This document shows positions 1 to 9,070 of a stretch of DNA of 64,000 nt, piece after piece (position 1 is the first letter of the stretch; each line of letters starts with the position of its first letter). Under the pieces are notes generated by a model that did not search any database, had not been told where the DNA came from, and saw only the letters and a list, made by a program, of their open reading frames with translations. Location of the stretch: NCBI GenBank assembly GCA_964414795.1, contig CAYPWV010000004.1, forward strand, positions 1,591 to 65,590. The letters are read 5' to 3'. The stretch is from an uncultured Gammaproteobacteria bacterium. GTDB lineage: Bacteria; Patescibacteriota; Patescibacteriia; UBA9934. A program made the position numbers and the translations under genes.

Positions 1-526
1 GACGGTAGCCCATCTCGACCTTCGCTTTCAGTCCGCGTTTGATGTTGATGCTCTTGTTGTCGTTTTCCAACTTCGCCTGACTACAGAGCATCATGAGCAT
101 GAACTTGTCGCTCGGTGAGTTCGTGAACCGCGATCCGTTCGTCCGAATCTCACGGATAAACCCTTGATCCATCATATCCACGATTGTTCCTAGATCTCCT
201 GCGTTACGGCTCAAACGATCTGGTGCCCAAGCAAGGATGCCATCAAACCGCTTGAGCTTTATGTCGTCGATGAGCCGATTGAACTCCGGTCGCTGACCCG
301 ATGCTTTCGCTGAATGGCTCTCGCGACGGATTTCGGTAACGAGTAATCCGTCCCGTTCCGCCGTTGCAAGCATCTCCTTAACTTGTGATTCAATCGATAA
401 AGCTTGAAGTTCGTCTTGTTCTGTACTCTTACGTGAGTACAGGCAGTACCGAATTGGTCCTAACGGTATCGGCTGTTCCCCTTGTAAAACCCCTTTCTGC
501 ACCTCAAAAGTCGCCATGTTGTCCAT
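1..526 (-). CDS. Serine recombinase (resolvase/integrase family), N-terminal catalytic domain; partial, continues past left window edge
   Basis: Reverse-complement translation from ATG at 526: MDNMATFEVQ...YSRKSTEQ...ILAWAPDRLSRNAGDL...KRGLKAKVEMGY. The active-site Ser-containing YxRxS motif and the DRLSR motif are typical of serine recombinases. The ORF track misses it because it runs off the window. Confidence 0.6.
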   Translation of the reverse strand, partial: MDNMATFEVQKGVLQGEQPIPLGPIRYCLYSRKSTEQDELQALSIESQVKEMLATAERDGLLVTEIRRESHSAKASGQRPEFNRLIDDIKLKRFDGILAWAPDRLSRNAGDLGTIVDMMDQGFIREIRTNGSRFTNSPSDKFMLMMLCSQAKLENDNKSINIKRGLKAKVEMGYR

Positions 527-787
527 ATTATTGCCTTGTTATGTGGCATGGACATTAATGCCACGTCTGTCCGGGGTGCCTAGTCCCCAAACTGTAGGTA
601 ACTAAGGAAGAAAGATTGAGAGAATACCATGCGTCTGTTGTTGATTATTTGACGACAAGCAAGTAATAGCTTATTCTGACACTACATGCGATTCAACTGC
701 GCAAACAATAATAACCAGAATAATCAGAACCAGCCCACGCTGGCGTTGTTTGCATAATCGCAAGGATTAGATCAAAAGCAAACAAAG

Positions 788-812
788 GCCAGCGGAAACG
801 CTGGTCTTTTTT
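788..812 (+). terminator. GC-rich hairpin (CCAGCG-GAAA-CGCTGG) followed by T-run; intrinsic terminator-like
   Basis: Seen directly in the sequence, 10 nt upstream of tRNA-Asn. It may terminate an unannotated transcript in the 530-790 gap or act on the opposite strand. Confidence 0.3.
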
Positions 813-821
813 GTGGAATAT

Positions 822-896
822 TCGGGTGTAGTTCAACGGTAGAACGCTGCCCTGTTAAGGCAGATGTTGCAGGTTCAAGTCCTGCCGCCCGAGCCA
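822..896 (+). tRNA. tRNA-Asn (anticodon GTT)
   Basis: Cloverleaf folded by hand: acceptor TCGGGTG/CGCCCGA, D-stem GTTC/GAAC, anticodon stem CTGCC/GGCAG, loop CTGTTAA, T-arm GCAGG-TTCAAGT-CCTGC, encoded CCA. Confidence 0.85.
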
Positions 897-912
897 ATTT
901 AAATCAAATCAT

Positions 913-1203
913 ATGCTTATCGATAAAGATCTCGTGAAAAAGGTAGCGGACTTATCCAAGATCACATTGGAGGATTCAGAGGTTGACCATTTTGTAAAAG
1001 AAATGACCGATGTACTCAACTACGCAGATCAACTCGCCGAAGCCGATGTAACAAATGTTATCCCCACGGATCAAGTAACCGGATTATCGAACGTATTTCG
1101 AGAAGATGTAGTGAATGACTATCCGGCTGATAAGCGGGCGAAACTTCTGAATACAGTCCCAAGGTTTGAGAACGGATATGTCGTCGTCCCTAAGGTCATC
1201 TAA
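913..1203 (+). CDS. gatC: Asp-tRNA(Asn)/Glu-tRNA(Gln) amidotransferase subunit C
   Basis: 96 aa, GatC-like sequence, immediately upstream of gatA and gatB. Confidence 0.85.
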   Translation: MLIDKDLVKKVADLSKITLEDSEVDHFVKEMTDVLNYADQLAEADVTNVIPTDQVTGLSNVFREDVVNDYPADKRAKLLNTVPRFENGYVVVPKVI

Positions 1204-1208
1204 GTACT

Positions 1209-2645
1209 ATGAGTCTAAGTTTTCTATCCATTGAGGAGTTGCACGCCGGCCTAAAGGCCAGGACGTTTACTTGCCGCGAGATCATCGAGGATTGTTTGGC
1301 ATGCATTAAAGAAAAAGATTCTGAAATCCACGCGTTTCTATCCGTCTACCCAGAACATGCTTTGGAACGCGCAGATGCCATCGATAAAAAGATACAAGCA
1401 GGCGAAGCAATCGGTTTGCTTGAAGGAATTCCTTTTTCGGTAAAGGACGTTATCTTGGTCGAGGATATGCAGGCGACGGGTGGGTCAAAAATGTTGGAAC
1501 CATTTGTCGCGCCATACGACGCGACGGTTATAAAACGCTTGAAAGAAGCCGGGGCAATTGTCATCGGAAAGACAAACTGTGACGCTTACGGATTTGGAAG
1601 TTCAACCGAAAACTCTGACTTCGGTGTCACGAAAAACCCACATGACTTAAGCAGGGTGGCCGGAGGATCGAGCGGTGGGTCTGCCGCCTCCGTTGCTGCT
1701 GGCATGTGCGTATTTTCGCTTGGAGAAGATACTGGTGGTTCTATACGCCAGCCATCGTCATTTTGTGGTATTTATGGTCTGAAAGTCAGCTATGGACGAG
1801 TCTCTCGTTACGGATCTATCGCCTATGCTTCTTCGTTTGATTCTATCGGCCCGATGGCCAGATCGACGCGTGATGTTGCCATTGTTCTCTCGGTAATTGC
1901 CGGACACGATCCAATGGATTCGACCTCCATTCCAGGATCATTGCCAGACTATATCGCTCAGCTTGATGCACCAGAGTTGAAACCGAAACGAATCGGTATT
2001 CCAAAAGAATACTTTTCCGGTCTCGATGCAACCATGACGAAACTAATGCACGAGGCGTTAGATACGTTCAAGAAAAGTGGATACGAGGTTGTCGAGATTT
2101 CTTTACCGCACACAAAGTATGCGATTGCTGCGTATTATCTTCTCGTCACTTCCGAGGCTAGCTCCAACCTTTCAAGACTGGACGGAGTTCGATTTGGTTA
2201 CCAAGTACCAGATCCATCCAGCATCGAAGATCTCTACAAACGTTCCCGCTCTCACGGGTTTGGTTCCGAGGTAAAACGACGCATCATGCTTGGATCATTT
2301 GCCTTGTCTTCAGGTTATATTGATGCCTATTACAAACGCGCACAAAAAGTCCGATCGCTCATTCGGGAAGACTTCCGCAAAGCGTTTGAGGCAGTTGATC
2401 TTATCATCACTCCCACATCCCCATTCCCAGCTTTTTCCATCGGCGAGAAAGTTAATGACCCTATGTCCATGTATCTCGCAGATGTTTTCACCGTTGGTTT
2501 TAGTTTAGCTGGACTTCCGACCATGAACGTCCCATGCGGAACAATTGGTCATCTACCCGTTGGGATGCAGATTACCGCCCCGTACCTTGATGAGATATCC
2601 GTTCTTCAAGCAGCAACGGACTTTGAGCGAGCAACCCGTAAGTAA
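1209..2645 (+). CDS. gatA: Asp-tRNA(Asn)/Glu-tRNA(Gln) amidotransferase subunit A
   Basis: 478 aa; amidase signature GGSSGGSAASVAAG; position in the gatCAB cluster. Confidence 0.95.
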   Translation: MSLSFLSIEELHAGLKARTFTCREIIEDCLACIKEKDSEIHAFLSVYPEHALERADAIDKKIQAGEAIGLLEGIPFSVKDVILVEDMQATGGSKMLEPFVAPYDATVIKRLKEAGAIVIGKTNCDAYGFGSSTENSDFGVTKNPHDLSRVAGGSSGGSAASVAAGMCVFSLGEDTGGSIRQPSSFCGIYGLKVSYGRVSRYGSIAYASSFDSIGPMARSTRDVAIVLSVIAGHDPMDSTSIPGSLPDYIAQLDAPELKPKRIGIPKEYFSGLDATMTKLMHEALDTFKKSGYEVVEISLPHTKYAIAAYYLLVTSEASSNLSRLDGVRFGYQVPDPSSIEDLYKRSRSHGFGSEVKRRIMLGSFALSSGYIDAYYKRAQKVRSLIREDFRKAFEAVDLIITPTSPFPAFSIGEKVNDPMSMYLADVFTVGFSLAGLPTMNVPCGTIGHLPVGMQITAPYLDEISVLQAATDFERATRK

Positions 2646-2650
2646 TTCAT

Positions 2651-4096
2651 ATGGAAGATTTAGAAACAGTTATCGGTCTAGAAATTCACGTCGAGCTGAA
2701 AACAGCTTCGAAAATGTTTTGCGCTTGCAAAAACGATCCGACGTGCACAGAACCAAACCGACACGTTTGCCCAACGTGCATGGGTATTGTTGGAACGTTA
2801 CCCCTCCTCAACAAGCGTGCCTTTGAGCAAACGGTTCTGCTGGCATCCGCAATGAAAAGCGCGATCGCTCGGCACACCAAATGGGATCGTAAATCGTACT
2901 TCTATCCTGACCTGCCCAAAGGGTATCAAATATCCCAGTATGACCTCCCGATTGGACAAGGTGGTGAATTGGTTTTCCCGCTGAACGATTCTTTGTGTTC
3001 GGCACGCATGAATCGCGTCCACCTTGAAGAGGATGCGGCGAAATCCCTCCACGATGCGGACAGAACGCTTATCGATTTTAATCGCTCATCCGTTCCGCTT
3101 ATGGAAATGGTGACGGAGCCGGATTTACGATCCTCGGAAGAGGCAAAGGCACTCTTGAAAGCTATTCGGAGACTCGTAAAAGATTTGGGCATCAGCGATG
3201 CGGACATGGAAAAAGGACAGATGCGTTGCGATGCAAGTATCTCGCTGCGAAGAATTGGCGAAGAAAAACTGTATCCGCGAGTAGAGATAAAAAACTTAAA
3301 CTCATTCCGAAGCGTAGAGAATGCGTTGGAATATCAAAGAGAGAAATTAAAAGTGGAATGGGATGCTGGAATCTACCCGACCGTAGCATCAACCGTTCTT
3401 TGGGATGATGACCGCGCAGCAACTTACCCGATGCGATCAAAAGAATCAGCGGCTGATTATCGTTACTTTCCTGAGCCCGATATCTCTGTCGTGGAGTTAT
3501 CAGAAGATGCGATTCAACAACTCACAAAGGAAGTTCCTCGTCTAAGAAAGGACGTATTCGCGACGATGATTGAGGAAGGGATGGAGATGACAAAACTCGT
3601 TAGCATTCTCGACACAGCCGAATTGTTTTGGTCGTTCGATGCCAGTTATCAAAAACTGGATAGCAAATCGAAAAAAGACACGCTTCTTAATTTTTACATG
3701 GCCGAGGTTCCTCTTCTCATGAAGTCAACCGGAACGATACCGTTTAGCGCCGAGGAGATTCTTTTGCTCGTGGAAAAAGTGGAGGACAAGTCTCTTCCCG
3801 TTTCAACGGCAAAAAGATTCCTCAGTTCTTGTGCCAAAGAGGGTGATCTCGCTCGATCTATCGAGGAATTTGAAACGTTGTCACGTACGACAAAAATAAG
3901 TCTGAACGACATTGTTGGTAACGTACTATCCGATAATTCGTCTCTTGTAGACCAGTACATCGCTGGTGAAGAAAAGGTGTTCCAAGCACTTATTGGTCGT
4001 GTTATGCGGGAAACAAAAGGAATGTTTGGTGGAGAAGAAGTCATTGCGGTTATACGCGAGCGCTTAGAGACGATAAAACTTGCTCGCTCTAAATAA
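2651..4096 (+). CDS. gatB: Asp-tRNA(Asn)/Glu-tRNA(Gln) amidotransferase subunit B
   Basis: 481 aa; N-terminus MEDLETVIGLEIHVEL...CAC is typical of GatB; follows gatA. Confidence 0.95.
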   Translation: MEDLETVIGLEIHVELKTASKMFCACKNDPTCTEPNRHVCPTCMGIVGTLPLLNKRAFEQTVLLASAMKSAIARHTKWDRKSYFYPDLPKGYQISQYDLPIGQGGELVFPLNDSLCSARMNRVHLEEDAAKSLHDADRTLIDFNRSSVPLMEMVTEPDLRSSEEAKALLKAIRRLVKDLGISDADMEKGQMRCDASISLRRIGEEKLYPRVEIKNLNSFRSVENALEYQREKLKVEWDAGIYPTVASTVLWDDDRAATYPMRSKESAADYRYFPEPDISVVELSEDAIQQLTKEVPRLRKDVFATMIEEGMEMTKLVSILDTAELFWSFDASYQKLDSKSKKDTLLNFYMAEVPLLMKSTGTIPFSAEEILLLVEKVEDKSLPVSTAKRFLSSCAKEGDLARSIEEFETLSRTTKISLNDIVGNVLSDNSSLVDQYIAGEEKVFQALIGRVMRETKGMFGGEEVIAVIRERLETIKLARSK

Positions 4097-4101
4097 ACGA
4101 T

Positions 4102-5415
4102 ATGGAAATTACTTTCGCTCAATCGTTAGGCGACCAAGATGGTCAACGAGTCTGTCTTCAGGGATTCGCCCAAACAATTCGCAAACAAAGCAAAACCTGC
4201 TTTCTCCTATTACGAGACAAAACGGGCTTGATTCAGTGCGTCGTCGACGAATCATCTCCTGACCTTTTCGCTCAAGCTGAATCTTTGGCGACCGAATCCG
4301 TTGTGAAAATCACTGGACTGGTATGTAAAGAAGAAAGAGCAATGGGAGGGTACGAAGTTCAAATTCAAGAACTGGTTATTCTTTCTGCTTCAGAAGCACA
4401 AAAGCCTCTGCCAATTTTTAGCTCAGACGCGGAGTCTGTTGATCCAAATGTGCGCATGGATTACCGATGGCTTGATCTGCGTAAACCAGAGAAACGGCTT
4501 ATCTTTGAAGTATGGACGGCGCTCGAACATGCTCTTCGTTCTTTTTGGATGAAGAAAGAATTCTTGGAAATTCACTCACCAAAGTTAATGAGCGCCGCAA
4601 GCGAAGGTGGTGCGGAGTTTTTCGAAGTTTCCTACTTTGATCGCAAAGCCTATTTAGCTCAATCACCGCAATTCTATAAACAAATGGCGATGGCTTCTGG
4701 TTTTGAGCGGGTATTTGAGGTGGGGCCGGTGTTTCGCGCTGAACCGTCCTTTACCCCGCGACACGCTACAGAGTTTACTGGCTACGATATGGAGCTTTCC
4801 TGGATTGAGTCTCACGAGGACGTGATGAAGATTTGGGAGGAAGGGATCGCTTTTGCCCTGGCTGAAATCAAGGCGTCTCTGGGGGTGCGCATTCAGAAAT
4901 TATACGGACGTGAACTGGTTGTTCCCCCGTTACCATTTCCACACCTGACCCTAAAAGAAGTAAAAGCGTTGCTCCAAGAACGAGGAATACCCGACCAACG
5001 TGACGGTGATCTTTCACCTGAAGAGGAACGTGAAATATCGGCGATCGTAAAAGAACGCTATGGTCACGAGTTCGTCTACATAACCGAGTATCCCAAGAAG
5101 GTTCGAGCGTTTTACCACATGCGTCTCGAATCTGATCCGTCTCTCACCAAGAGCTTTGATTTGCTTTGGTCTGGAATTGAAATAACGACCGGTGCCCAAC
5201 GGGAGCACCGTTACGAGCAGCTAAAGCAACAGGCTTTGGAGAAGGGTGTTAAAATTGAATCCATACAAACGTATCTCGATTTCTTCCGTTATGGTTGCCC
5301 TCCGCATGGTGGCATGGGAGCCGGAGCGGCACGGATGGTTATGAAGATTCTTGACCTCCCAAACATTCGGGAAGCCACGTATCTCCATCGATCTGTTCAT
5401 CGGTTGACTCCGTAA
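4102..5415 (+). CDS. aspS: Aspartyl-tRNA synthetase, archaeal/type-2 short form; AsnRS not strictly excluded
   Basis: 437 aa class IIb aaRS with motif 2 FRAEPSFTPRHATEF and motif 3 GGMGAGAARMVM. Directly downstream of gatCAB, so I infer a non-discriminating AspRS. Confidence 0.75.
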   Translation: MEITFAQSLGDQDGQRVCLQGFAQTIRKQSKTCFLLLRDKTGLIQCVVDESSPDLFAQAESLATESVVKITGLVCKEERAMGGYEVQIQELVILSASEAQKPLPIFSSDAESVDPNVRMDYRWLDLRKPEKRLIFEVWTALEHALRSFWMKKEFLEIHSPKLMSAASEGGAEFFEVSYFDRKAYLAQSPQFYKQMAMASGFERVFEVGPVFRAEPSFTPRHATEFTGYDMELSWIESHEDVMKIWEEGIAFALAEIKASLGVRIQKLYGRELVVPPLPFPHLTLKEVKALLQERGIPDQRDGDLSPEEEREISAIVKERYGHEFVYITEYPKKVRAFYHMRLESDPSLTKSFDLLWSGIEITTGAQREHRYEQLKQQALEKGVKIESIQTYLDFFRYGCPPHGGMGAGAARMVMKILDLPNIREATYLHRSVHRLTP

Positions 5416-5442
5416 TTAAGTTTAAGTTGGTAAACTGAACCT

Positions 5443-6141
5443 ATGACTAAATCTAAGAAAACCATTGGAATTTTGGCTGGTATGGGTCCACGATCAACGG
5501 CTCCATTCTTGAATATGGTGTTAGACGAATGTCAAAAACAGTATGGAGCAAAGTATGATGATGAATTTCCTCGCATCATGATTTACTCGTTACCAACACC
5601 TTTCTACATTGATAAACCAGTTGATGCGACAAAGTTAAAAGAGGTGGTGTGCGAAGGACTCAAACGCTTGGAGTCAACCGGGGTCGATTTCATCGTTGTT
5701 CCATGCGGGAGCGTACATACATTCTTTGATGATATGGCGGCATCCGTAAGTGTTCCTGTTTTACACATGATTGAGGAATCAATTGTACATATTTCTTCAG
5801 ATGTAACTTCCATTGGTTTAGTTGCCACTAAAATGACAGCTGACGGTAAGCTCTATCAAGATGCCTTGAAGAAAAAAGGAATTCAAACCATCGAATCAGG
5901 TGACTTACAAGCTCAAGTGGATCGGCTCATTCTTGGCGTCAAAACTGGTTGGTCGAAAGCACAACTGGATGAAGAATTTAAGACCTTTATCAATCTTTTG
6001 CACGAACGCGGCGCAGGGGCTGTTTTGGTCGCTTGTACTGATTTGAGCGAACTTGCTAAATCCCCACAGACTCTTCCCGTCTTTGATGCGGTTGCCGGGC
6101 TCGCTCGGTCGACAGTTGAACGATACCTGCGACTGTCTTAA
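5443..6141 (+). CDS. Aspartate/glutamate racemase family protein
   Basis: N-terminal KKTIGILAGMGPRSTAPF and a second Cys motif VACTDLS are typical of Asp racemases. Confidence 0.7.
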   Translation: MTKSKKTIGILAGMGPRSTAPFLNMVLDECQKQYGAKYDDEFPRIMIYSLPTPFYIDKPVDATKLKEVVCEGLKRLESTGVDFIVVPCGSVHTFFDDMAASVSVPVLHMIEESIVHISSDVTSIGLVATKMTADGKLYQDALKKKGIQTIESGDLQAQVDRLILGVKTGWSKAQLDEEFKTFINLLHERGAGAVLVACTDLSELAKSPQTLPVFDAVAGLARSTVERYLRLS

Positions 6142-6159
6142 ATCAATCCCGGCAATATT

Positions 6160-6765
6160 ATGTCGAATCTTTTCTCCCTGTTCATAGTCGGTTTCACTGC
6201 AGCTGCGCTGCCCGGTGCAGTACAAACTACTGTTTTTCTTGTAACCATTGAAGGCGATATACGAAGCGGGCTGAAATTAGCTCTCGGGGCAGCAATGATG
6301 GACGGGCTTTACCTATCCTTGGCATGCCTCGGTTTGGTTTCTTTTATCGGAAACTTTCCCGTTCTTCGTATTGGGATAGGTCTCGGAGGCGTGATCTTCA
6401 TGGTGTATTTAGGCGTTCAAGGAATTCGACAGGCATGGATAGGAAAAACAATAAATGCCGAGAATAAGAAAAGCGGTGGTTTTCTAACCGGCTTCTTGCT
6501 TGTACTGCTTCACATCCCAACCATGCTCTACTTTATTGGGGTAGCTGGTACGATGTGTAGAGAAAATACATCTGTCTCTTCCGCAATTTCAGGAGCCGCA
6601 AGCTTGTTTGTTGGAGCTTTTGTGTGCTTTGTCTGTGTTGCTTTCATAGCGTGGCTAAGTAAACGTTTTGGTGGCAAAGTTTTGATTCGAGTGCTTCAAA
6701 TTGGTTCGGCGGTTATTCTTATTATTTTCGCAATCAAAACTTTCATCAGCTTATTTAGTGTGTAA
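6160..6765 (+). CDS. LysE/RhtB-type amino-acid exporter family membrane protein
   Basis: 201 aa, about 6 TM helices, LysE-like N-terminus. Inference from hydrophobicity pattern. Confidence 0.5.
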   Translation: MSNLFSLFIVGFTAAALPGAVQTTVFLVTIEGDIRSGLKLALGAAMMDGLYLSLACLGLVSFIGNFPVLRIGIGLGGVIFMVYLGVQGIRQAWIGKTINAENKKSGGFLTGFLLVLLHIPTMLYFIGVAGTMCRENTSVSSAISGAASLFVGAFVCFVCVAFIAWLSKRFGGKVLIRVLQIGSAVILIIFAIKTFISLFSV

Positions 6766-7010
6766 CAAAAATGTTACATGGGCCGGGACTGGCTAGTCCT
6801 AAAAGGCTTGAAAAGACCTAAAAATACAAGGGTAGGGAGGGGGTTAGACAGTTGGTAACCAGACTTCACTTTCGGTGGTTTGTAAGCTATACTTTCGTTG
6901 TCTAGGTTCGACCTCCTTACAGGGGCATATTTTGCCTATCCGGATCGCACGCAATAAGCGGCATCCGGTTAAAACGACACTCGTACGATCCGTACGGGGG
7001 GTCGGGCCTA

Positions 7011-7038
7011 GACACCACCGGGTGTCGCTTTTTGTTTT
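7011..7038 (+). terminator. Intrinsic terminator (GACACC-ACCG-GGTGTC + TTTTTGTTTT)
   Basis: Seen directly. It ends the ~250-nt ORF-less structured region after the LysE-like gene. Confidence 0.45.
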
Positions 7039-7078
7039 AGAGCCACACCACGGGGTCACTAATTCCTAACTGCCCCGT

Positions 7079-7813
7079 ATGGCTCAATCGTTCGAGTGCT
7101 TCGAATGTAAGCACGTCTTCAATAAGCCCCACGACCCGTTACTGACGATCGGTAGTTTTATTCTTTTCGTCGTTGCCATCGGTTTTCTGTTCGGGTTCTT
7201 TCCGATCAGCATCGGTCTTTTCTTACTCATCTGGTGGATGAATCAAAGTCACTGTCCAAAGTGCAAATCGAAACGCATCGTTGCCACAACCAAGGCAGTT
7301 GCATACGTTGAAAGCAAAGAACCGACTCGAGTCCAACAGCCACACAAGAAGGGCTGGACTGGTTTGCAAAAGTTTATCGTCGGGATCGTTATTTTCACTG
7401 CCGCATCACTTGGTTTTCTCGCTATCGTTGCGGCGAATGCTCCCAAGCCACCAACCCTTACCCAGGAACAAATCGACGCAATGAACAACCTTGTTACCTC
7501 GATTAGTTTCTATAAGGATTCCGAAGGAACACCGCAAGTAAAACTGTCATTCAAGAATACTTTCGACAAGACCATTGATGCAGTCGACGTGCGGTTCTAT
7601 CCGCAAAATGCAGCTGGTGAATATCTCGAGTTCACAGAGTTTGGCGGTGACGAACCGATGCCGTATGTGTTCTGGTCACAACAAACGGTTGCACCTGGTG
7701 AGACTGAAACCGACGACTCTAACTTTCTTCTTTATCCAACCGCAACACAGGCAAAAAATGTAGAAGTCATCCGTGTCCATTTCAGCGACAGTACGGAAAT
7801 CACAAGGCAGTAG
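7079..7813 (+). CDS. Hypothetical membrane protein with split Zn-ribbon (CxxC...CxxC) and two TM helices
   Basis: CFECKH...TM...CPKCKSK, second TM, then a soluble domain. No family recognised. Confidence 0.45.
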   Translation: MAQSFECFECKHVFNKPHDPLLTIGSFILFVVAIGFLFGFFPISIGLFLLIWWMNQSHCPKCKSKRIVATTKAVAYVESKEPTRVQQPHKKGWTGLQKFIVGIVIFTAASLGFLAIVAANAPKPPTLTQEQIDAMNNLVTSISFYKDSEGTPQVKLSFKNTFDKTIDAVDVRFYPQNAAGEYLEFTEFGGDEPMPYVFWSQQTVAPGETETDDSNFLLYPTATQAKNVEVIRVHFSDSTEITRQ

Positions 7814-8315
7814 GCTCTTCGGGAGTAGTCGGCGGCACCTCTGGTGATTGCGGATCATGAATCACGAGACCCTCGTTCTTATACTGTGCCTGAAATACGG
7901 TTATATCTTCGAGCATCATGTCTAACTTCCTCTTTTGTTCATCAGTCATCTCTCTTTTGCTCTCTTCAAACTTCTCAAGACGCTTCTGTTTGAAAGCTGC
8001 AGCGACTGGGCTGAACTTATGGTGCCGGTGCTTTAAATAGAAGAACACGGCACTCGGGTCTGCACGATTGATAAGCTCAAGAAGCTTGGATTCAGCAACA
8101 TCGTCGAGAACGTCTGCCCCAGCTTCCATTGCCTTGTTATATGCCTTGGCGAAAGCGGGATCCTCGTCTCTCCAGCGATATATAGTGGATCGCGAAACAT
8201 CGATCTTCTTACAGACGGCTTCGAGAATTGGCATCTTCACGAGCTGCTCAAGCAACAGCTGTTTCTGGAGTTTTATGCGCTGCTCAGCCCTCGGATATTT
8301 CTTTTTGGTTTTCAT
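7800..8315 (-). CDS. HTH protein resembling phage terminase small subunit (TerS-like)
   Basis: KIDVSRSTIYRWRDEDPAFAKAYNKAMEAGADVLDD is typical of TerS/HTH_23-like phage proteins. It sits in an operon with two DNA methyltransferases. Confidence 0.45.
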   Translation of the reverse strand: MKTKKKYPRAEQRIKLQKQLLLEQLVKMPILEAVCKKIDVSRSTIYRWRDEDPAFAKAYNKAMEAGADVLDDVAESKLLELINRADPSAVFFYLKHRHHKFSPVAAAFKQKRLEKFEESKREMTDEQKRKLDMMLEDITVFQAQYKNEGLVIHDPQSPEVPPTTPEEPTAL

Positions 8316-9069
8316 ATGGAGGGTTTATCATTTGCGCCCTCTCCCCAGAGAGTCGTTCCCATAACATGACGATCGTTTCGCAATACTCGACATCTATCTC
8401 AATCATGAGGCACTTACGTTTCGTCTGCTCACATGCAAGAAGGGTAGAACCACCGCCTCCGAACGGGTCATAGACGGTATCCCCGATCTCGCTGCTGTTA
8501 AGAATCAGCCGACGAAGCAAACCGATCGGCTTGGATGTCGGATGATATCTACTTTTACTCGGCTTCGGATATACAAGGATGCTCTTGTCCTTGGACTGCA
8601 TGAACTCGTGTCGTCCGTACCAGCCATAGAGAATAATCTCGTGTTGAGGCAAGTAATCCATGCGACCAATGACTGCGTGCGTCTTCGCCCATATGAGCAT
8701 CTGTGCAAATTTAAATCCCGTTCGCTCCATTCCGTTACGAAGTGCAAAGAGCATCTTGTCCGTGTTGAAAATATAGACCGAGTTTTTATCCGCCATTGCT
8801 GACACGATCGGCTTCATCCAGCTTTCGGTGAACGACTGATATTCTTCTTCGGTCTGCGCATGATCATTCAGAATTACTTTTGGTTTCGCGAGTGATTGTG
8901 TGAAGTCCGCTTTTCCTTCCACATACTCACATGCATACGGAGGGTCAGTCAGCACAAGATCGATCTTTCTTTCCTGCAATACTTGTGTAATATTCACTGA
9001 GTCGGTCGAGTCTCCACAAAGCAAGTAATGCTCGCCGAGTTTTACAAGGTCTCCTTTTTGAATCGTCAT
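8284..9069 (-). CDS. DNA methyltransferase (N6-adenine/N4-cytosine, DPPY type), no ParB domain
   Basis: DPPY motif (LTDPPYACEY) and C-terminal SAM motif DPFGGGGSTLLACEQ. Paralogous to the C-terminal half of the upstream gene. Confidence 0.85.
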   Translation of the reverse strand: MTIQKGDLVKLGEHYLLCGDSTDSVNITQVLQERKIDLVLTDPPYACEYVEGKADFTQSLAKPKVILNDHAQTEEEYQSFTESWMKPIVSAMADKNSVYIFNTDKMLFALRNGMERTGFKFAQMLIWAKTHAVIGRMDYLPQHEIILYGWYGRHEFMQSKDKSILVYPKPSKSRYHPTSKPIGLLRRLILNSSEIGDTVYDPFGGGGSTLLACEQTKRKCLMIEIDVEYCETIVMLWERLSGERAQMINPPYENQKEISEG

Positions 9070-9070
9070 A

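Noticed and set aside
6844-7069. Overlapping 64-71-aa ORFs in the LysE-downstream gap
   Set aside because: Short, mutually antisense, in a region dominated by stem-loops and ending in a terminator; more plausibly non-coding.
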